Shown here: piece by piece, positions 1 to 7,100 of the stretch
How positions within the stretch are numbered: the first letter of the stretch is position 1
Layout of the letters: the number at the start of each line of letters is the position of its first letter
Assembly (NCBI GenBank): GCA_964390715.1
Contig: CAYMIM010000016.1
Coordinates: forward strand, 1 to 59,735
Direction: 5' to 3'
From: Candidatus Woesearchaeota archaeon
GTDB taxonomy: Archaea > Nanobdellota > Nanobdellia > SCGC-AAA011-G17 > UBA489
DNA length: 59,735 nt
Notes under the pieces: generated by a model
What the model was told of the DNA's origin: nothing
Databases searched by the model: none
The model's input: the letters and a program-made list of their open reading frames with translations, nothing else
Program-made: the position numbers and the translations under genes

Positions 1-210
1 GCGGCAAAGGGAAAGGTTCGCATCCATGGACGACTGCATATTCGTTGCAGACGCTGTGGTCAACCTTCTTTCCACAAGATCAAGAGAATCTGCAGCCATT
101 GTGGTTTTGGCAAGACTCCAACGCTTCGCACTTACAAGTGGCTGAAGAAGAAAGTCAGCAAGTGGTATCCTGGACGCAAAAGAATTCACAAGTTCCCTGG
201 AAGCCAATAG
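1..210 (+). CDS. rpl37e: 50S ribosomal protein L37e (eL37), 5' end cut by window edge
   Basis: Frame 1 is open from base 1 to TAG at 208-210. It reads AAKGKVRIHGRLHIRCRRCGQPSFHKIKRICSHCGFGKTPTLRTYKWLKKK..., a CxxC...CxxC zinc ribbon in a very basic small protein typical of eL37. The track ORF 45..242 is an out-of-frame shadow. Confidence 0.8.
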   Translation, partial: AAKGKVRIHGRLHIRCRRCGQPSFHKIKRICSHCGFGKTPTLRTYKWLKKKVSKWYPGRKRIHKFPGSQ

Positions 211-226
211 TTAATTTTTCCTATAT

Positions 227-268
227 ATTGTATATCCCATAGTCTTTATTGTATATCCCATAGTCTTA
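227..268. repeat. Tandem direct repeat, 2 x 21 bp (attgtatatcccatagtctt + 1 nt)
   Basis: attgtatatcccatagtctt occurs at 227-246 and again at 248-267, head to tail, in the rpl37e/DUF1399 intergenic spacer. The second copy runs into a TATA-like cttataag about 25 nt before ATG 294. Confidence 0.85.
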
Positions 269-293
269 TAAGAATAACCTATAAATCACTTCT

Positions 294-719
294 ATGCAAA
301 CTTTACCTTTGGAAATTTCAGTAGATCTAATTCAAGCTGCACAAAAATCTGAAGAAAATAGAAAATTATTCCAAGGAATAAATGTTGATCAGGCTTATGA
401 GCGTTATATTCAATATTTAGGATTGATTCAAAATCACCCAGGAGCTAATATTGCACCTACACGCGACATTGATTTAATGTGGCATGTTCATATGTTACAT
501 CCACGACAATATTACGAAGATTGCCAACGCCTCTTTGGAGACATTCTTGACCATGATGGTGGATTTGGTGAAGCTCCAGAAGAAAAACCAGAATTAGAAC
601 GAGTATTTGCTGAAACTGCCAAACTTTGGGAACAAACTTATAGCACTCCTTATTCTTCCGCTACAAACTGTAGAAGAAATTGTTCTAGTCGTTGTACTAA
701 ATGTAGAAGACGTGTTTAA
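294..719 (+). CDS. GRDP-like / DUF1399 domain protein with Cys/Arg-rich C-terminal tail
   Basis: ATG start. The motif DIDLMWHVHMLHPRQYYEDC matches the conserved D-L-x-W-H-x-H-x-L-x-P-x-x-Y-x-x-D-C core of the glycine-rich-domain-protein-like family. The tail is NCRRNCSSRCTKCRRRV. Confidence 0.6.
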   Translation: MQTLPLEISVDLIQAAQKSEENRKLFQGINVDQAYERYIQYLGLIQNHPGANIAPTRDIDLMWHVHMLHPRQYYEDCQRLFGDILDHDGGFGEAPEEKPELERVFAETAKLWEQTYSTPYSSATNCRRNCSSRCTKCRRRV

Positions 720-1297
720 ATTTTATTTATAATCTTTTCAAATCCTTCTTTTTTTGCAATTTCCCAGGCATGCTTATATTCTGGAGATTTACTGTCAAAT
801 TCTATGATATTATTTAGACGATTTTTTCCAAACATTTGCATGTAGAGAATAGCTAAAATTGCATTGACTGGGATATGATTGATGGTAAATCGTGTATTTT
901 TTTTGTATTTTTTTTCGAAATATTTAAAACAAGAATTAGCAGTATTATCTACAGCAATCAAATTATGGATTAGTTCGTGAATTAAAGTATCAATAAAATC
1001 ATTTTTATTTTTGTAAGGTCTTATAGTTAATGGACTAGAAAATGGTCTACAAAATCCAACAACATAACATGGAATCTTTTTTCTTTTCCATTTAAGCCCT
1101 GTAATCTCTGTAAGCGTTTGTAGAACTTCTTTTTCTCTTTTTTTCCATACTGGTGCAATATTTTTTATATATTGAATGGTTTTCTTTGGAGATGGGTAAC
1201 TTCTTTGCAGATGTCTACGAAGAGCGCTCTTTTCTGTGACTGATCTCCAATGTCCATCATATACTGAAGAATATTCAAAGATAACTTCTGGCATCAT
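716..1297 (-). CDS. Hypothetical protein with HExxH motif (possible metallopeptidase-like)
   Basis: The ORF is 716..1390, but its first start is GTG, abutting the tRNA 5' end at 1391. ATG-ATG at 1292-1297 (MMPEVIF...) sits about 25 nt downstream of a TTTTTATAG box (1318-1326). It contains HELIH. Confidence 0.5.
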   Translation of the reverse strand: MMPEVIFEYSSVYDGHWRSVTEKSALRRHLQRSYPSPKKTIQYIKNIAPVWKKREKEVLQTLTEITGLKWKRKKIPCYVVGFCRPFSSPLTIRPYKNKNDFIDTLIHELIHNLIAVDNTANSCFKYFEKKYKKNTRFTINHIPVNAILAILYMQMFGKNRLNNIIEFDSKSPEYKHAWEIAKKEGFEKIINKI

Positions 1298-1421
1298 AAG
1301 AGAAATGAGATTTAATTCTATAAAAACTATTCTTTTTCCGAAATCTCTAAAAGCAATCTTTTTATAGGCTATTTTGCACTTATTTCGCACGCAGGGGTGG
1401 CGGAGCGGTCAAACGCGCCAG

Positions 1422-1455
1422 ATCTTGACTACAAGTTAAAAAGTCGAGAGGCGAA
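1422..1455 (+). other. tRNA-Leu intron 1 (34 nt, non-canonical position 30/31)
   Basis: The central helix is cgcc(1416-1419):ggcg(1450-1453). The 3-nt bulges are aga (1420-1422) and aag (1454-1456). An 8-bp inner helix pairs 1423-1430 with 1442-1449, closing an 11-nt loop. Confidence 0.75.
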
Positions 1456-1462
1456 GCTTAGG

Positions 1463-1476
1463 AGTTTGACTAAGTC
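1463..1476 (+). other. tRNA-Leu intron 2 (14 nt, canonical position 37/38)
   Basis: The central helix is ctta(1457-1460):taag(1471-1474). The bulges are gga (1461-1463) and tca (1475-1477). A 2-bp inner helix closes a 3-nt loop. The junction could shift by one A (1463 versus 1477) without changing the product. Confidence 0.7.
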
Positions 1477-1546
1477 ACCTGGAGGCTTAGTGCCTACCTA
1501 GGTTCGAATCCTAGCCCCTGCATTTTATTTTCTTATTTCTCAGAAA

Positions 1547-1840
1547 TCAAACAACTTCCTCTTGCATTACATATTGCTTTATCTCGCTTACCTTTCTTGA
1601 ATTTAAAGCAACATGATGATCAGATCCTTTTCCTGTTTTCTTTGCTACGACAATAATCCATTCATCATTTACAAGCTCTTTCACGACCTTTTCAACGATT
1701 TTTCTTCCTTTGTGTGTGTTCTGATAATGGTCTGGTATTCCTTTTTTGACAAAATCAAGAGGCGTGTGCTTACCTCCCAAAATATTGGCACGTACCAACT
1801 TCCGCAAGATATGCTTTTTTATGATGTTTTCTTCTTCCAT
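1547..1840 (-). CDS. Hypothetical small basic protein (possible winged-helix)
   Basis: 97-aa ORF with an ATG start, divergent from the 1912..2247 regulator. I recognise no family. Confidence 0.4.
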   Translation of the reverse strand: MEEENIIKKHILRKLVRANILGGKHTPLDFVKKGIPDHYQNTHKGRKIVEKVVKELVNDEWIIVVAKKTGKGSDHHVALNSRKVSEIKQYVMQEEVV

Positions 1841-1911
1841 TCTTTCAATGCAATTGTATATCGATGTATATTAATGAAAGATTTAAATATGAAGAAAATA
1901 TAGCTATTCCT

Positions 1912-2247
1912 ATGACTAAAGAACTATTTCTCTTCTTGGACTATGTAGGCGATACTCCGCGCATGCGAGTCCTACAATATTTCATAGAAGGGCGTGAATT
2001 TGACTATATCCTCACTGATTTGCTTAATGCTGGTGTCAGCTGGGGGACTTTGAATAGTTTAGTTCCTCTTTTAGCTAAGAAAGGGATTATCATTAAGACT
2101 CGTAAAATCGGAAGAGCGACGCTTTACAAGATTAATCAAGAGAGTTTTGTCGCGCAACAACTGATAAAACTGTATGATTATTTAATTCTTGAGGAGTTAA
2201 CACGTCGAGAGCACTCTACGAAAGAAGTTGTTAAACAAATTGCTTAA
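1912..2247 (+). CDS. Winged helix-turn-helix transcriptional regulator
   Basis: The ORF is 1864..2247 and the likely start is ATG 1912 (MTKELFLFLDYVGDTPRMRVLQYF...). The pattern R-x-R-V-L-x-Y-F...G-x-S-W-G-T-L...L-x-K-K-G-I-I is typical of small archaeal wHTH regulators. Confidence 0.55.
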   Translation: MTKELFLFLDYVGDTPRMRVLQYFIEGREFDYILTDLLNAGVSWGTLNSLVPLLAKKGIIIKTRKIGRATLYKINQESFVAQQLIKLYDYLILEELTRREHSTKEVVKQIA

Positions 2248-2401
2248 ATGGCTAGCTAAGAAAAAATATACATAACAAGATTTAGGATTTTAATAGCTTT
2301 TTCTTTCTCTAACTGTGTTATCCGAAAAATTTACGGAAATGTCGGAAAACTTCTAAATATACATCAGAAAGATAGTTGACTTCTCAAAGTGCCTCATAGA
2401 G

Positions 2402-2409
2402 TTTATAAA
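2402..2409 (+). promoter_or_regulatory. TATA box (TTTATAAA), leaderless spacing to ATG 2431
   Basis: The 8-mer centre lies about 26 nt upstream of the start codon. Confidence 0.5.
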
Positions 2410-2430
2410 GTTCTAAATTAGTTTCTTTTT

Positions 2431-3303
2431 ATGGACAAAGAGAAAGCCTTGGTTGTTTTTCAAGATAAGAAGATTAGACGTATTTGGCATAAAAATGAGT
2501 GGTTTTATTCGGTTGTTGATATTATTGAAGTGCTTACTGATAGTCCTACGCCTCGACAGTATTGGGGTAAAATTAAGGATAGGGAGTTTATCAAGCTTGA
2601 ACTGTCCCCAATTTGGGTACTGTTGAAATTAATTGCAGAAGATGGAAAATTAAGAGAAACTGATTGTATAAACACTAAAAACGCCTTTAGACTTATTCAA
2701 TCTATTCCTTCTCCTAAAGCAGAACCTTTCAAACAATGGCTTGCACAAGTAGGACATGAACGCATACAAGAAATAGAAAATCCAGAATTAGCTCAGGACA
2801 GAGTGAAACAGTATTATGAACTTAAAGGTTATCCTAAGGACTGGATTGACAAACGGTTACGAGGCATAGTTATAAGACAAGAATTAACTGATGAATGGAA
2901 AAATAGAAATATAACTGAAGAAAAAGACTTCGCGATTCTCACGAATGAAATAAGTAAAGCAACTTTTGATAAAACTGTTCAAGAATATAAAGAATTTAAA
3001 GGACTCGAAAGAAAAAATAAAAATTTACGTGACCACATGACCAACTGGGAACTTATTCTTACTATGATAGGGGAAAAGGCAACAACAGATATTACTGTTA
3101 CCAGAGATTCTCAAGGCTTGGACGAACGCAAAGACTCGGCGCTTGAAGGCGGAACCATAGCCCAGCATACGAGAAAAGAACTTGAACAAAAAATAGGCAG
3201 ACCTCTTGTTTCACCAGATAATTTTCTCCACTTAGATACATCTAAGAAAAAACAAATTGAGAGTCCTAAAAAATGTTCATTGACTGATACTTCTAAAGCT
3301 TAG
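2431..3303 (+). CDS. Bro-N domain protein (DinD / phage antirepressor-like)
   Basis: The N terminus VFQDKKIRRIWHKNEWFYSVVDIIEVLTDSPTPRQYW fits the Bro-N fold signature. The C-terminal half is DinD-like. A TTTATAAA box lies at 2402-2409. Confidence 0.65.
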   Translation: MDKEKALVVFQDKKIRRIWHKNEWFYSVVDIIEVLTDSPTPRQYWGKIKDREFIKLELSPIWVLLKLIAEDGKLRETDCINTKNAFRLIQSIPSPKAEPFKQWLAQVGHERIQEIENPELAQDRVKQYYELKGYPKDWIDKRLRGIVIRQELTDEWKNRNITEEKDFAILTNEISKATFDKTVQEYKEFKGLERKNKNLRDHMTNWELILTMIGEKATTDITVTRDSQGLDERKDSALEGGTIAQHTRKELEQKIGRPLVSPDNFLHLDTSKKKQIESPKKCSLTDTSKA

Positions 3304-3332
3304 AATATCTAACAAACAATACCGGCTAAAAT

Positions 3333-4130
3333 TTATTTTCTAGCAACTTCATCGACTTTTATCTGGAAAACTATTTTCGTCCAAATGAGCAAGACTATAC
3401 CTACGATCAAATAGAGTGTTAAGGGAGTTAAAGGCAAGAGAAAATCAATTCCTTTTGTGTAAGTGACGAAGAGTGAAGAGAGCAAATATAATACTAAACA
3501 TAACACGACTAAGTAGATAATAAAAGGAAGAATAATTCTGTGTGGTCTTTTTAGCATTTTTCCCGTGTGCTTGAGCGTTGTCAGGAAGGATTCATTGCCT
3601 AGACGCGTGAGCGCCGCATGCGTTACAAAGAAAAGCACGAAGAGCAATACTCCTTTTAAAATAAGCGTGTCTATTTCGTCGAAGATACTAAATGTTATTG
3701 GGATCATTAAGATGAGCAAGATAAACACTAAAGCTATAGCACTTATCACACAAAACTTCCAGAAAAACGATTTGAAAGACTTTATTGTCTTCTCTTTGAC
3801 GGTTTTCCAGACGATGCTTTGCGTCGCGCACCAGATGATGAACAACACTAGAGGGATGATGACATAGATGAAGAACATCGCTTCGTTGGTAAGACTTTGA
3901 AACTGATCTAAGAATTGCGCTACTTGCGCTTGACTCGCTCCTTGCGGTATTCCCGCCGCGTTATTAGCGAATCCTTGCAGTTGTGCTATGTAAGCTGCCA
4001 GCTTATTTCTTGCGAAGACTGTGAAGAAGAACGTCAAGAAAAAGAACGCCAACTCCGCTAATAAAAGCACGTAGATTTTCTCTTTCAAGAGTCTGAGGGA
4101 TTTTTTGAGGAACATGTTTAACGTAAACAT
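3333..4130 (-). CDS. Polytopic membrane protein (about 6 TM), last gene of the giant-protein operon
   Basis: Repeated 20-25 residue hydrophobic stretches. The start overlaps the stop of the giant gene by 13 nt; an alternative ATG is at 4113-4115. Confidence 0.55.
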   Translation of the reverse strand: MFTLNMFLKKSLRLLKEKIYVLLLAELAFFFLTFFFTVFARNKLAAYIAQLQGFANNAAGIPQGASQAQVAQFLDQFQSLTNEAMFFIYVIIPLVLFIIWCATQSIVWKTVKEKTIKSFKSFFWKFCVISAIALVFILLILMIPITFSIFDEIDTLILKGVLLFVLFFVTHAALTRLGNESFLTTLKHTGKMLKRPHRIILPFIIYLVVLCLVLYLLSSLFVTYTKGIDFLLPLTPLTLYLIVGIVLLIWTKIVFQIKVDEVARK

Positions 4131-7100
4131 CCTTGATTATAATTCTCAATCATTTTTGCTATGGTTTCATCGCCACATTGGGCGGTACGATATAACTCTT
4201 GAACATCCCATGAATCCGCATTCCATGTAAATGCTCTATCTATGAATCCCTCATTTAAAGCGCTTAGTAGCTGTGCATAATAAGCTCTTCTCAAGTCGAT
4301 CATTGATTGTGTTTTCCAAGGACTGCTTTGATCATTACAGTTGCTCACACCCTTCCAAGGATTTCTTATTGCGTCAACCATGTCACCACTTCCTCCACCT
4401 ATACCGATCTCAGAAAACTGTAGCGATATTTTTACAGGAATTTTAATATCGTTATTTTTAAATGTTTTGAGATAATACTCTTTCATCGCTTTAAAATCTC
4501 TTTGTTGAGGATAATAACTAACTGAATAATATGCACTCAATCCTAATATATCTACTACGTCGATTAATTTTTGGAATTCTATTTTTTCCTCATCAGAACT
4601 AAACAAATTAGCATCATCTCTTTTTCCGTTCAGATTATTAAAATTGGTGTTTATTCCTATTCTAACATTTTTTGGCATTTTTGCTCGGTATTCTTTAACT
4701 AAAGATAACCAATTAGATGTATACTCGAACAACGTTCTTCCCATCTCTCCTTGCATAGTGAAATCTACAATATTTGTACTTCTGGTTTGCGCTAATGCAT
4801 CATGAAGAGCTATCGCAATCGGTTCTAGAAGAACATCTTTATAAGAATAACCAGCTAAGTTTTCCACTGGGTTAAAAATATATCCATTCCGCCACGTTGT
4901 TCCTTCACCATCGCCTCCATAATCTAAATGAGGTCTTATAGACAAATCCATATCATTATCTAAAACTGCTGAAAAGCATGCCGTTAGCTTCTCTTTTATA
5001 TATTCAATGTTCTCATTGTCCACTATTTTATTTTCTGCATTTGGATAAGTCTTTGGCCACATATATCTTTTTACGCGGTCGTTTTTATCTATATATCCTT
5101 TTAGCGTTGGAATGATGTTTACTGCGGTTGCTCCTTTTTCTTTTGCTTTGAGCACAGTATTAGCACATTCTGCGTAATCTCTATCGATAAATAGACTAAT
5201 TGTCATTCCTAGTGGATGTTCTGCATTATTACCATTAGGATTACAACTAAGCAATTCAGTTTGTATCTCTTCTGAAGTGTCTTTGAGTTGTGTGTTTGTC
5301 GTGAAGATGCTATTTTCTTGCTGACTGGGATTCTTGTTTAATATTTTATTAAAATCACTACCACTGGTTGTTCCTGTAGAAGTTATAGTACTAGGATTTG
5401 TCGACTGGAAATTATTATCTGGTAAACTTTTTTCAGTAGATGTTTGTTTTTTCCTTGTTGGCATTGAAATAACATTCTTATTTGGTATTGCTCTCTTGAC
5501 TTTTATTGTTTCTGATGTTTTCTCTTGACCGTTTCTTGATAACGCAATAAAATAATATTCTTCATCCTCTTCGTCGTTTGTCAATAGAGCTTTCCAAGTT
5601 TGTTTATTAGGCTCGTTGAAAGGGATGCCAAGCGTAGTTATGATCTCATCTCTAGCAAGCCAATCCATTCTTAGTGTCTTTCTTACTTTCATCACTGTTG
5701 CCATTACTAATTCATCTTTACAATCTCCCCTCCACTCTAGCGAAAGATAAACATTTCTTCCCTGTAGAACTTCTACAATTACGTTTTTACCATCGCTCCA
5801 ATAGGTCTCTATAATACTGCAGACTTCTTTTGTAGTTTCTATTGTTTGTGTACTTGTTCCAGATTTTATAGTGAGCGTTAAAGCACTACTTTTTTGTCCA
5901 TTTACATTTATTACCTTTAAGTTATAAACATTTGGAGCAGCACCAGATGCTATTGTCAACTCAATTTCATTTTCATTAAGACGCTTCATAGGAAAATCCT
6001 TAGGATCGAGAATAGTACCGCTTGCTTCAATACCAAATATCTCATCAAATTTGCTTCCCTTGAGAATAATTTTTGTTTCTTTATCATTATTTATTTCTGT
6101 TTGACTTAAACTTGTTAATGCTGGTACTCTAACTGTTGTAGTTGTTACAGATGTTTGTTTTTTGAGACTTATTCGCGCTTCAAGTTCATAGGATTCAGCT
6201 AACTTAAACTGCATTCTTGCTCCATCAGGATCATCTAGGAGAGCACTACCTATCACTTGTTGATAGATCGCACGACCACTTTCAAAAGCATTTGGCGTAT
6301 TTGCGTTTTTGATAATGGCATCTGCTTCTTTTTCCTTGAGAGCAATATCCTCTTTCTTCAAAATATAATATCCTGGAATCGTTTCTCCTTGTTTTTCTGC
6401 TTCATTTACTACTTCTTGCGCAGTTTTCGCTAATGATGTATTTAGGTCAAGACGTGCGCTTACTTCCTTGATTGCATTCTTTGCTGCAGGCACATATAAC
6501 CAACACGTTCCTAAATCTCTTTCTCGATCATCTTCACCACATGTACCAACAGGAGACCATTTTACTTCATCACCACCAACACCAGGATTATATTTGGAAC
6601 ATTTTCTAATGATGCCAGATTGAATGAAACCACTTGAAACCGTACCTGCTGTGCCTTCTACCGCTCCTAGTTCTGTAATAGTTGGAGGACTTGTAGGAAC
6701 ACATTGTGCTGAAGTACTAATCTGTTTTTTTGCTTCATTCTGCGCAAATTGATCTGATATATAATCGATTGCAAAGCTCGTCGATACTTTTCCAAATCCA
6801 CATTCTACCTTTCGACCATAAATCTTGCTGTTAATTTCTACACAAATTTCTTTCATGCCTGATGGCAAGATAACATCTGGACTTTCATCTGCGAACGAAC
6901 CTCTGGGTAAACGTCTATTTTGCGTGATACCTTTACTGTCTTTCAAGACGTGTGGTTGAATAATAAATTGACCTGTGTAAGGATCAAGAGCTTGCATGTA
7001 GACTGAGTAAATTATATCTTCATTATCTCCTGCATAGATATGATATGTCACTTTGTACTGGCTTAAAGGCTGGTTACCTAAGTCTGAATAAGGAGCTTCA

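Larger units (their letters stand above)
1391..1522 (+). tRNA. tRNA-Leu(UAG) with two BHB introns (30/31 and 37/38)
   Basis: Acceptor is GCAGGGG/CCCCTGC with A73. There is a D arm, a 15-nt variable arm (AGGCTTAGTGCCTAC) and a T arm CTAGG-TTCGAAT-CCTAG. Removing 1422-1455 and 1463-1476 gives the anticodon arm CCAGG-CUUAGGA-CCUGG, and the mature tRNA is 84 nt. Both introns fold into bulge-helix-bulge motifs with 4-bp central helices. An oligo-T run follows (1523-1531). Confidence 0.8.

Noticed and set aside
45-242. 65-aa plus-strand ORF at the window start
   Set aside because: It is an out-of-frame shadow of the rpl37e reading frame (frame 1, open from base 1 to the stop at 208-210), which has the clear zinc-ribbon ribosomal protein signature.
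227-268. The 21-bp tandem repeat as a CRISPR array
   Set aside because: There are only two directly adjacent copies with no spacers, and no cas genes are nearby.
1298-1390. N-terminal extension of ORF 716..1390 (GTG start), and similarly 16511..16528 of ORF 15938..16528
   Set aside because: The extensions abut or overlap tRNA genes (1391-1522 and 16523-16608). Internal ATGs with TATA boxes at the right distance are better starts.
1391-1522. Alternative reading of the tRNA as tRNA-Ser(UGA) with a single roughly 48-nt intron (CUUGAC loop at 1424-1429)
   Set aside because: That reading needs a pyrimidine at position 37 and either an A-C mismatch or an 8-nt loop in the anticodon arm, and it gives no proper BHB. 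The discriminator A73 fits Leu rather than Ser. The two-intron solution gives a perfect stem-loop and two canonical BHB motifs.
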